A stretch of 64,000 nt of DNA from [Phormidium] sp. ETS-05 (GTDB taxonomy: Bacteria > Cyanobacteriota > Cyanobacteriia > Cyanobacteriales > Laspinemataceae), in the NCBI RefSeq assembly GCF_016446395.1, contig NZ_CP051168.1, positions 3,749,579 to 3,813,578 of the forward strand, in the 5' to 3' direction. A program made the position numbers and the translations under genes. This document shows positions 1 to 9,883 of the stretch, one piece after another (position 1 is the first letter of the stretch; every line of letters begins with the position of its first letter). The notes below the pieces were generated by a model that did no database searches, was not told the DNA's origin, and was given only the letters and a program-made list of their open reading frames with translations.

Positions 1-761
1 AGTTCTAAAGTGGGAGCGAGAGGGATAGCAAAGCCGGTTTGGGGGCGCTTTTCGTGGATGAGCGAAGCCACTGCTAGAGTCAAGGGCACCCCCTGGGCCA
101 ATTTCGCCGGTTTGGAACCGGGCAATAACCCAATTAATTCTCCCGGCTGGGTGAGTAACCCGGTTTCACCCTGACCAGAAGCCCTCACCCCCAACCCCTC
201 TCCATCCCCCCAACCCCCCTTTGAAAGGGGGGAGGGAGAGGGGAGAGAAAGGGAGAGGGCAATGTCGCCCATTAAATCCCCTACAACGGTGAATTTATCG
301 CTGTATTTGGCGGTAACGGGGGGGATAAGTGCTGGTTTCATCACGGCAAAACAGTCGATTAAACTTTGCCAGCGAGCCTCCCATTCGGCATAAACTATAG
401 TGCGATATCCCAGGCGTTTGCCGATGATGGCGGTAAAAAACTGGTCGCCGCCGAGGAAAATTACGACGCCTTTGGGTCGCCAGTCCCAGTTATCGGCGGT
501 TTTGCCCCAGAGGAGAAATGGCCAGAAATGCTCGGGTTCAAGCACCCGATCGACTTCGGGATAGCCACGGGCGATCGTTCCTTCCCTTCCCGTAGCGTGG
601 GGACAGGGACATAAAACCACTGATATCCTGACTTGGGCGCCATTACCATCCTCCCCCTGGTGTTGTCGCAGTTGTTGCACCACCGGACGCACCCAAGTCA
701 CTACCTCTCCCGGCCCGTTGGACAGGATTAAAATATCAATTTGTCCTTTGTCCTTGGTCAT
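1..761 (-). CDS. lipid-A-disaccharide synthase-related protein (LpxB-like), 3' end outside window; contains an in-frame GC-rich repeat insertion
   Basis: Manual minus-strand translation from ATG 761..759 gives an open frame to position 1: MTKDKGQIDILILSNGPGEVVTWVRPVVQQLRQ...GGDQFF...VVGDLMGD...LPGSKPAKL. The LSNGxGE N-terminus and the later LPGS motif are typical of the cyanobacterial LpxB-related family. The gene is not in the ORF track because no stop lies inside the window. Confidence 0.5.
   Translation of the reverse strand, partial: MTKDKGQIDILILSNGPGEVVTWVRPVVQQLRQHQGEDGNGAQVRISVVLCPCPHATGREGTIARGYPEVDRVLEPEHFWPFLLWGKTADNWDWRPKGVVIFLGGDQFFTAIIGKRLGYRTIVYAEWEARWQSLIDCFAVMKPALIPPVTAKYSDKFTVVGDLMGDIALSLSLPSPSPLSKGGWGDGEGLGVRASGQGETGLLTQPGELIGLLPGSKPAKLAQGVPLTLAVASLIHEKRPQTGFAIPLAPTLE
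181..262. repeat. GC-rich palindromic repeat element (CCCCTTTGAAAGGGG core) inside the LpxB-like CDS, in frame
   Basis: The sequence gccctcacccccaacccctctcc...cccctttgaaagggggg...gagaggggagag is related to elements at 4771-4887, 17960-18185, 19931-20150, 20830-21055, 30590-30790 and 36010-36060. Here it translates as SLSLPSPSPLSKGGWGDGEGLGVRASG with no stop. Confidence 0.6.
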
Positions 762-792
762 TTGTCCTTTGTCCTTTGTCCCTAGTCATTTG
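737..792. repeat. STRR heptamer array (TTGTCCT/TTGTCAT)n
   Basis: ttgtcctttgtccttggtcatttgtcctttgtcctttgtccctagtcatttgtcatttgtc; the 5' codons of the LpxB-like ORF (MTKDKGQ) are read from it. Confidence 0.8.
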
Positions 793-811
793 TCATTTGT
801 CAACAGTCACC

Positions 812-878
812 CAGAAACCGGGTTTCTGAGACAATTTTGGCATCAAAACTGAAATTTAGTTAAGAAACCCGGTTTCTT
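812..878. repeat. pair of GAAACCCGGTTTC hairpin elements
   Basis: cagaaaccgggtttctgag...ttaagaaacccggtttcttctcc; the same motif recurs at 16490-16548, 48430-48516, 49240-49260, 49423-49509 and 59995-60040. Confidence 0.6.
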
Positions 879-951
879 CTCCCAAGCGGACAATGGACAA
901 GCGGACTTGCGGACAAATGACCAAGGACAGTATAAAATAGGAGTTCAGAGA

Positions 952-1431
952 ATGACAGAATTAATCGATGCTGTAAAACAAGGTGATATTACCAAAGTTA
1001 CCGCCCTACTTGATGCTGGCGCTGACCCCAACACCGCCGCAGAAGATAGTACAACAGTATTGATTTTCAGTGCCGAAGCTGGACGGGGAGATATTGTGGC
1101 CAAGTTGCTGGCTGCTGGAGCCGATGTCAATCTATCGGATGAGGACGGCTGGACAGCTTTAATGGGTGCCGCCGCTGCTGGTCAGAGTAGCATTGTTAAA
1201 GACTTGCTTGCTGCTGGTGCTGATGTGAATGCTAAAACTAATTTCGGTTTGACGGCTTTAATGGGTGCTGCTGGGTGTGGACATCAGGAAGTTGTTACCA
1301 TTCTCCTCAACAGTGGTGCTGATTTCACGGCCAAAGATAATAATAACTGGACTGCATTGGTTTGGGCTGCCCAAGAAGGCCATAAACAGGTGATGGAATT
1401 GCTCAAGATGGCACGACAAATAGGTTTGTAG
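952..1431 (+). CDS. ankyrin repeat protein
   Basis: Repeated DGxTALMxAAxxGHxxxVxxLLxAGADVN ankyrin consensus. ATG at 952 follows AGGAG (taggagttcagagaATG). The ORF-track start at 907 lies in degenerate STRR sequence. Confidence 0.8.
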   Translation: MTELIDAVKQGDITKVTALLDAGADPNTAAEDSTTVLIFSAEAGRGDIVAKLLAAGADVNLSDEDGWTALMGAAAAGQSSIVKDLLAAGADVNAKTNFGLTALMGAAGCGHQEVVTILLNSGADFTAKDNNNWTALVWAAQEGHKQVMELLKMARQIGL

Positions 1432-1432
1432 T

Positions 1433-1475
1433 TGGGCTTTAGCCCTCTTTCTCTTAAATTTTTTTGGGCTGAAGC
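1433..1475 (+). terminator. possible intrinsic terminators between convergent genes
   Basis: ttgggctttagccc hairpin followed by tctttctcttaaattttttt, then a second gggctgaagccc hairpin. Confidence 0.35.
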
Positions 1476-1580
1476 CCTACTAAGAACTGGGAAAGATGAG
1501 GCTGTAGCCAAACTACGAGCCGGGAGAGTGCGGAACCCTAGGATAACGCACTCAATTATAGGTCAGAAACCTGATTGAGA

Positions 1581-4536
1581 TTACCGGGCGGCGGTCAATT
1601 TCCCCAGGAGGTCTGCCCAGCGGACACCTTCCAAGTTGGGGAGGACCACGTGAGCAGATCCAACCCGCTCCACTGGCCCGAGTCCTACTGCCAGCATCCC
1701 CGCTGCTAGAGCTGCTTCAATACCGGAGGCAGCATCTTCGACCACCACGCATTCCACAGGGGAAAGTCCCAATTGCTCGGCGGCGTGGAGGAACAGGTCT
1801 GGGGCGGGTTTGGAACGATCGACTGTGTTACCGTCAGCGATCGCATCCACCAAGTGGGCAATATTGAGGCGATCGATGACCATGCGGGCATTTTTACTCG
1901 CCGAGCCGATCGCCACCTTAATTCCCGCTGCGTGCAGCTCCGCTAACAATGAACCCGCCCCAGCGAGTAAATGTTCCGGTCCGATTTGCTCGAGCAAATC
2001 CACATAATAGCGGTTTTTCCGCGCCATAATTTCCACCATCCTGGCTTCTGGGAGGACTTTTCCCCCCAACATCTGCAGCAAAGAATCCCGACGAGACAGA
2101 CCCCGCATGGCTTCATTCGCCTTGCGGTCAAAAGCAATACCCTCCTCATCCGCCACCCGCTGCCAACCTTGGTAGTGGAATTCCGCCGTATCCGTCAGCA
2201 CCCCATCCAAATCAAAAATGACTCCCCGAATCCCTGGCGTCATCGGTGTGGCGGGTATCGCCTCCGTTGGGGCAGAAAAATCAAACTCGTAGCTCTGACC
2301 ACGCCATTTTACCTTATACTTTAGCCGCGTCCAGCCCGGGGGTAAGTGGGCTTTAGCCGTAGGGTGGCTCTCCCCATCGGGCAACTTTAACCCGCCAAAA
2401 CCAAACACCGTTGCCTGCCAAACACCACCAGCAGAAGCCGCATGAATGCCATCCGCCGCATTCTGGTGCACATCTTCTAAGTCAACCATCGCCGCTCGCA
2501 TAAAATGTTCGTAGGCAGCGGCGGGTTGCTCCAAGTCGCAAGCCAAAATCCCATGTATGGCTGGACCGAGACTAGAGCCATAGGTGTGGTCTGTGCGCGG
2601 CGCATAATAATCCCAGTTTTTGGCTAAGATTTTTTCGTCCCAGTTGAGCCTTTGTCCCCCTCCTGGGGAACCGATACTCCGCAGGAGGTACAGGAGCATC
2701 AACACGTCTGGCTGTTTGAGGACTTGGCGTTTATTGGTGCCTTCGATGCCCAAAATTGCCTGCATGGAGCGGCTGCGGGGCTCGTAGTCGGCTAAATTGA
2801 TATCTTCAAGTGCGAAGAAACCCTCGCACTGCTCCACTAAACCAGTTTGCGGGTCGTATAGTACACACAGGCGGCGAGCGATATCTGCCCACCGGTGGCG
2901 TCGGTCTTCTTTCAGGTCTAGCTTGGCCTCCAGCTCGGAGAGCCTTTCTGGGTGGAAGGTTTCCAGCCATTGCCACACCGCTAAGGCTGTTTCCAAGTGC
3001 CACTGCACCATCCGGTTGGTAAAGGTGTTGTTATCTACCCGATCGTGGTATTCATCTGGTCCGATGACGCTTCTAATCTCATACCGTTCGCGTTTACCGT
3101 TCCACTCCACGCGGGTGCCCCAGAAAATGGCGGTATCGAGGATGATTTCGGCGCCATAGTTGCGCATCCATTGGTCATCGCCGGTGGCTCGCCAGTATTG
3201 CCACACGCCATAGGCGACATCGGTGGTGATATGTAGTTCGCGATCGCCACACCAAATTCTAATCGGGTCCGCATCTGGATCCGCTGCCAAAATCCACCGA
3301 GGCGTCACCTCATCCCCAGTCGTGGCACTTTCCCAGGCAATAGCTGCCCCCGGATAGCCGCTAGCTTGCGCCTTGCGCCGACTTCCGGGCAGAGTATGAT
3401 AACGGTAACTCAACAAATTCCGCGCTATCTGTGGTTGGGTGAGGGTAAACAGAGGCAGGATAAATATTTCCGTATCCCAGAAAATGTGACCCTTGTAGGC
3501 AAAACCCGAGAGACTTTTCGCCGGAATGCTCACCCGATCGTCCTGAGTGGGAGCGCTGATCAGCAGTTGAAACAAGTTGTAGCGCACCGCCAGTTGGGCT
3601 CGGATATCCCCTTCGATCGTAATATCGCAGTCTTCCCAAACAGCAGCCCAAGCCTCCTCGTGCGCCGCCCGCAAAACCTGGTAGTCTGGCAGTTGCGCCA
3701 AGTGCTGCTTTGCCGCCATAGCCGGTTTCTGGGTTTCCCGACTGGTAAAAACCGCCACCACCTTTTCCAAAGTCACAGTTTGTCCCGAACGAGCCGAAAA
3801 AGTAGTTGCCAAAGTGGGATAGCCTTCGCACCCCTTCAGCTCCATTTCTGGCGACTCGGCCCCCCGCACCTGCATCCCAATCGCCATCCCCAGTTCAATG
3901 TGGGTTTCCCGAGTGCGCTGGTGCAGCCAAACTCCCTGGGGTTGACCATTCTCACCGCCAATATCTCCCTGGTTCACCCATTCCCAGTGCATCACACCCT
4001 GGTTTTCGGAATAACCGTTGATGCTGGACTGCACCTCAATAACTCCTTGGAAATTGAGCGGTGTCAACTCCACCATGAGAGCGGCGACATGTTCATCTGC
4101 TTTGCTGACAAACCGCTGGAAGTGCAAATCAATCATATGGCCAGCGGGACTGCGCCACCGCACCTGACGCGAGCAAACCCCGGCGCAGGTCAAGTCGCCG
4201 ATCGTAGTTGAGAACCTCCCCGAAGTCCAAGCGGAACTTTTCCCCATTCACTAATAAGGTAGTCGCTAGCCAGTCCGGGCAGTTAACCAGCTCTGTATAA
4301 ACCACCGGTACGTCATCATAGACGCCATTGATAAAAGTCGCCGCCCAAGCTCCGGGATAGCCTTCTTCAAAGCTCCCCCGAGTACAGAGGTAGCCATTGC
4401 CAATAGTAAACACCGTTTCTTTGTGGTGTTGGGTGCGATCGGTTGGCGCCCCTCCGGGGTGGCGGGTCTGAAACTCAGTCTCAGTCAGGAGCCAATCCTG
4501 ATAGATAAAAGGTTGAGGAGGAACTTTTGCATCCAT
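1581..4536 (-). pseudogene. GH65 glycoside phosphorylase (kojibiose/maltose/trehalose phosphorylase family) fused to beta-phosphoglucomutase (HAD); interrupted by a 1-nt frameshift near 4190-4215
   Basis: ORF 4129..4536 encodes the GH65 N-terminus (TIGNGYLCTRGSFEEGYPG...YDRRLDLRRGLL). ORF 1581..4247 continues the GH65 N-domain in another frame (RWRSPAGHMIDLHFQRFVS), then the catalytic domain, then C-terminal beta-PGM motifs (GVIFDLDGVLTDTAEFH...). The frame switches within ccggggtttgctcgcg. Confidence 0.7.
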
Positions 4537-4770
4537 TGCTGCTGGTGCCGTTTACGGGATGTTGTGGGTATATGTCCTAATAATTCAGGATTTTGGTGGT
4601 GGATATCAGGATAAAAACCCAATTCTTCCAATTCTTCCAATTTGATGGAGTCGGTAAAAAATCCTGCAAACCTCAGCCATCAGTAATTTTCAATCCACTA
4701 TTTATTCGATCGCATAACTTTTGGGCAATAATGGCCATACGGCACTTTTTCAAATGATATTGTCCTACTC

Positions 4771-4887
4771 AAAGCCCCTCTCTCCCTTTCTGGGAGAGGG
4801 GTCGGGGGTGAGGGCTTTAGCCCCTCTCCCCCCCTTTCAAAGGGGGGTAGGGGGGATGGAGAGGGGTCGGGGGTGAGGGCTTTAGCC
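4771..4887. repeat. GC-rich palindromic repeat element, two tandem copies
   Basis: aaagcccctctctccctttctgggagaggggtcgggggtgagggctttagcc repeated with a cccctttcaaagggggg core. Confidence 0.7.
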
Positions 4888-4919
4888 ATATTTCAGATTT
4901 TCGGCCAATTATGTAATTT

Positions 4920-7339
4920 TCAGCGCGCCCCATGTTGCTCCAGTAATTTTTCAGAGCGCGGTTTATAAATTAAGTAAAACAACGCCTCCAAATAACGCAA
5001 TAATGGTTCGCGGTTCGCTGACGATCCATAGTTCCAGAAACTGTAAACCTTCCCTAGCAACAGCAATTTTTTACTATGCAGCTTCCAGTTATATTTATCT
5101 TGGACTCCTTGCACCCCCCGCTGGGAAATTTCCCGCCAGTATTCGGGATCTACTTCGCATTTGGAGATAAACGAGAGAATTTTGGCCGCCGTCTCCTCCA
5201 AGTCCGTAGGGTTGATGGTAAACCCATTCTCTCCATCCTGGATAGTTTCCGCCGGTCCGCCAAATTGGGTAACAAACACCGGTAAACCAGACACCATCGC
5301 CTCGAGAATGGTCATCCCAAAGGATTCAAAGCGCGCTGGGTGGACATAAATGCCTCCACGAGCAGCAATGCAGCGATAAACAGCACCCGTATCCGGGGTG
5401 TTGAGGCGCATTGCTATCCAGCGCACTTTCCCTTTTAAATTATATTCTGCCAAAATGTCGTGTAACTTTTCAATTTCCCCCCTTTCTTCCTCGCTGGTAC
5501 TATCTTCGGGCCGCACTTTACCCGCCACTAAAATTAAATTACACTTTTCCTGAATTTGGGGACTGGGCCCAAAACATTCTACTAAACCGGTCAGATTTTT
5601 AACCGGTATCAGGGGGGCTATGGAAAAAATGGGGCGCAAATTGGGGTTGTCCAGATGTCCGATAATCTGCGGGTCTTCTTTAGTAAACAGTAGATCGGCG
5701 ATATGTGCCTTTTCTGCATCAGTAGCTGCATCGCTATCATATGGGAAGAAAATTTTCTCATTCACTCCCGGCGGCATTACGTTAAACTTGGGACTGAAGA
5801 GTTCAATCCCGTTCACCACGTGATATAGTTCCGGCATGGTGAAAAATTGGTAAGATTCGTAATGGCCTACGCTATCCGGCGTCCCCACAATTTCTTGATA
5901 GGTACTGGTCAAGATAAAATCTGCCCCATTCATGGCAATCAAATCCGCAGTGAATTGCAGGGAAAAGTTGTGAAACTCTTCCAGGTCTTGCCAGTAAAGA
6001 TTACTGAATAGATGCCGTGGTTTTTCCAGCACGTGGGCAATGCTCTCGTAGGGAATGTGAAAACGTCGAGACAGCAGGAATGCCACTAAGTTGCCGTCGG
6101 AATAGTTGCCCAGCATTAAATCTGGGTTGCCCTGGAATGCCTCAATGAGGATGGCTTCGGCGTCGATGGCAAAGGTTTCTAAATAGGGCCAAATTTCGGT
6201 TTGAGAAATCCAATTTTGGGTGAGATTGGGATTAAATTCTCGGAAGGGCACCCGCAAAATCCAGGCATTTTCTGCAGCTTCGATTCTTTCTAGGGGTTCG
6301 TGGGCGTTGGTGTCGTCGCTGTTGGCTATCAGTCGGGTCAAAACGATGACTTTTGGCTGAATACCAAATCCGTCGAGTCCGGCGAGTTTGATATCTTCTT
6401 GCAGTTGTTTTTCTAGGTTTCTCGCTTGGTTGAGGACATACACTACCTGACCGCTGGTATCGGGACGCCCCAATACTCCTTTTTGTGCTACCCAACCGTG
6501 GACGGAGACGAGGACGGCGCGAAATATGAGGGGAATATGGCTGATGAAGGCTTCTAAAACTGCTGGGTCTGGATCGTCAATTAGTTTATGGAGAAATTCT
6601 AGTACGGTGCGCACCCGACCGGCGTTTTTACCCCAACCGGGTTCAAAACCTAGCTGTTTCAGTTGTAGGTGAAAGTTTTGGTAAGGTTCATCTGGGGGGA
6701 GGTTGGCAACTATTTTTAACGCCTGTGGTAGCTGCCGGGATAGTTGGGTGATGGAATTAATTTTTTCGCTGAGTAATAGGCTAGTTGTGTTATACTGGTG
6801 TTGGCGCAAGAAGCCTAGGAGTACCTCTAACCAATGCTGGGGTTCTTGAAACAGCTTGCGGGCTAAATGGCGGTTGAGGAACTCTAAACCGTTGCCGACG
6901 TTTCTGGGGTCTGTGATGGTGGGAAAATATCGGGAAAAAGACCCAAAATCGATTTCTAGGAGTCTGCCTTTGGCGGGAAAGTAGGGGCGGTTGACGATCT
7001 GATCGCGCAACTCCAGCAGCTCGCCTACTGGTATCGCCCTCAGTTCTGTGAGGTTTGACCCCAGCCGCCAGATTTCTTGGCTCCCCATTCTCGGTCTGAT
7101 CGCCCACCAGCTTTGTGCTGCTTCCAAGATGATTTCATGGGTATAGTGGATCATTTCTCTCAAACACGAGGATTTGTAAAAGTAAGCGGGCTTATTTTGT
7201 TTAGTGCAGTATTCCGCCAAAAAATGTAAAATTTGATTGCAGAGAAATACCTGTTTCCAGAACCGATTAAGTAACCGATTAATTCCTGTAAGTCTGCTTT
7301 TTCTTCGCTATTCAATACGGCTTTAATTATTTCACTCAT
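4920..7339 (-). pseudogene. susA: sucrose synthase; N-terminal ~40 codons lie in a different frame (frameshift near 7236-7243)
   Basis: The 766-aa ORF carries the sucrose-synthase hallmark GRPDTSGQVVYVLNQARNLE and a GT-B C-domain. Upstream in the -1 frame, ATG 7339..7337 starts MSEIIKAVLNSEEKADLQELIGYL...GNRYF, the expected N-terminus before LAEYCTKQ. Joined length ~807 aa matches full-length enzymes. Confidence 0.75.
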
Positions 7340-7416
7340 AATTTTTCCATGTTTTGATTGAGATGAGTTTGGTATGTGGTAAGTAAATTCAGCTAATTAA
7401 ACAGGATGTCCGTTGG

Positions 7417-7510
7417 GTTCTGTAGGGTGTTCAGTAGGGGCGAATGGCCATTCGCCCCTACTGAACACTGGTGATCACAGGTGACGTCAGGCACTGCCCA
7501 CCCTACTACT
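7417..7510. repeat. long palindromic repeat (GTAGGGTGGGCAGTGCC family)
   Basis: cagtaggggcgaatggccattcgcccctactg is a perfect palindrome, flanked by tagggtg...cactgcccaccctac. Related copies lie at 27541-27660, 34600-34840, 40330-40362, 42826-42860 and 9500-9590. Confidence 0.7.
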
Positions 7511-7841
7511 ATTCTTTCCTGGCAATACGCTGGATAAGATAGGAGGTGTTTGGTTCTAAAACTTGTTGGCTTAAGGTTGAGTTTTCGTCATGGGGGAAAT
7601 TTTAGGGAGAATTTCACTCCCTAAAGAGTAGGGGAATTCTTGGCGACAGCCAGTGCAAAACCAGAAAAGTTCCCCCTTGCGAGCATGGCGCAATAGTGAA
7701 TTGCCGCAGCAAAAACAAGAATTATCACGCATCGTTTATACCTCGTACATTTTGATTGGCAATAGGGAGAAGTTTGGGAACTGGATCTCCTCCCTCGCAC
7801 CCGGCGCCTCTCCCAACTGGGAAGAGGGGGGAGGGTATTGA

Positions 7842-8925
7842 TTAAGCGACTAGCTGGTGACTTTGCATGTGACCATTGCGCTTGCTCATGCTGGCTTCTA
7901 TCACTTCTGCATAGGCGGCTTCGTATCCCTCCACCATTTTCGCCACGCTGAAGTGGTGAAGCACCCGATCACGGCAGGCTTGGCGGTCTAATTCCATAGC
8001 GGCGGGAATAGCGGCGATGATTTCTTCAATGGTGTTGCAGATAAAACCGGTTTCGCCGTGGGCAATTACTTCTGGGACGGAACCCATGTTCAGACCGATA
8101 ACTGGGGTGCCGGTACTCATGGATTCAATCATCACTAACCCAAACGGTTCTCGCCAGGTGATGGGGAAGAGCGTCACCGCTGCATTGCCGATTAATTCCA
8201 CTTTCTGATGGTGGTTGATTTCTCCGAGGTATTCGATTTGTTGGCCGTCGATGAAAGGGTTAATTTCCCGTTCGTAAAATTTCCGATCGACCGCATCGAT
8301 TTTCCCGGCAATTTTCAGGTGCCAGCCGGTGGCGCGAGCAATGGCGATCGCGTGCTGAATCCCCTTCTCTGGCGATAACCTGCCCAAAAATGCTAGGTAG
8401 GGCGGATTTTGCGGTTTCGGGAAAAAGGGATAATTATTCATGTCAATCCCATTATAAACCGTGCGGACATAATTAATTTCCCACTCTGGTTCCCTCTGGG
8501 CATCGCTGATGCTGATATAATTTTGTTTTCGATAACGCTTATACAGCTTCTTCCCGTCTGGTGTAAATGTGCCGTGAATCGTATGTATTACTGGCGTCTG
8601 GATTACCTCTGCCCAAGGAAGCGCCGAGTATCCCGTGTGAAAGTGAATTAAATCGAACTGCAAAGATAGTTCTACCACCCGCTGCAATTGCAGCATCTCA
8701 TACACACCGGGCTCGCGGATGTTGCTGTTAAGGCGAATTGCTTGGCTGACTACAGATTCCAAGCGTGCTAAGGTTTGAGAATCACCAGAAGCAAACAGAG
8801 TCACCTCGTGACCGCGCCGGACTAATTCATCACTCAACAGACCGACAACCAATTCTATCCCGCCATATCCTGGTGGGGGCACTCGCTCCCACAGGGGTGC
8901 AATTTGAGCAATTTTCATCAAATTT
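7842..8925 (-). CDS. glycosyltransferase family 4 (GT-B, group 1)
   Basis: MKIAQIAPLWERVPPPGYGGIELVVGLLSDELVRRGHEVTLFASGDS and C-terminal EPFGLVMIESMSTGTPVIG motif. Start reset to ATG 8925 behind AAGAGGAAAAtttg; the track start at 8981 is a longer upstream start. Confidence 0.8.
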
Positions 8926-9155
8926 TCCTCTTTTAAAGTAAATGCACGAAACAGCATTTTTTTGGACGGTTTCCCGGACAAAAATACTAGAGCCTCCTCT
9001 TAAATAAAGAGATGGTTCTAATTTAGTCCCTTAGCCCAATAAAGGCTAAAGCATAAATATGAACATTTGGTAAAGAGTTAGGAAATAATTGGTAAATAAT
9101 TGGTTAAGGTTTGGTTATCTTCTCAGGTTCAGGAGGCAAATTTGGCCCCCTTCTA

Positions 9156-9184
9156 TTGACAGTGTTGGGGCTCAGTGCTATGAT
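9156..9184 (+). promoter_or_regulatory. near-consensus sigma70-type promoter TTGACA-17-TATGAT
   Basis: ttgaca at 9156-9161, a 17-nt spacer, tatgat at 9179-9184. It lies ~700 nt upstream of chlH on the same strand. Confidence 0.45.
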
Positions 9185-9883
9185 ATTTAGATAATTTTGC
9201 TGGGCAATACTTAGGTCGCCTAGGAGCTGCCCGCAGGCACTCGGTCTCCCGATGCTGGTTTGCGCCGCTCCCTATGGAAGCCACGGCGTTACAGCGTTTT
9301 GCCCGTCTATCTGGTATATGGGTTTTTGCTTTTGGAAATATGATTGGAAAAAGTGCTGTATATAGATTTTTGGTGAAAGCGAGAGATTGATTCAGAACCG
9401 CCCCGACAAATCAAATTTGGCCAAATCAGCAAAAATTCAGGGTAAAAATTAGGGAAAATCGGAAAAATTTAGGTAGTGATTTCAGACTTAGGGTGGGCAT
9501 TGCTTGCCTCAAATGCCTGTGACGATCGAACCGGGCTGATCATCCGCACTACCCACCCCACCCTAGAACTTATCTCCTTAAGTGCAACAATCCCTTCACC
9601 ACCATCCTCAGAATAGAGGACGGGGCATTGCCTTGTCCTGAGTATTGGCACTAAAGGGTGATTGGGAATAGGCCATTATACCGCAAATGTTAATTTTTGT
9701 AAAGTATTGTGAGAGTAATTTTTTCAATATATGTAAAATTCTGTAAAGATAGGGGCGGGTTGTTTATCGAATTGTGTCAAATATGGCCAAAATCTTCCTT
9801 GGGTAAGCGTTTTCTGGTAAAAAAACTTATTAGTGCCAATCCAAAGAGACGAGAACACGGAGCTAAAAGGAGCCAAAGCGCAT

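Noticed and set aside
366-649. Track ORFs 366..614 (+) and 461..649 (-)
   Set aside because: Both lie inside the longer edge-truncated minus-strand LpxB-like ORF, which has family-level support.
9264-9380. 38-aa ORF (MEATALQRFARLSGIWVFAFGNMIGKSAVYRFLVKARD) in the chlH leader
   Set aside because: No RBS, no conservation evidence available; kept only as part of the leader/sRNA question.
9500-9560. GGTTCGATC T-loop-like motif (minus strand) suggesting a tRNA
   Set aside because: No complementary T-stem, acceptor stem or anticodon arm can be drawn. The region is part of a palindromic repeat (tagggtgggcattgc...).
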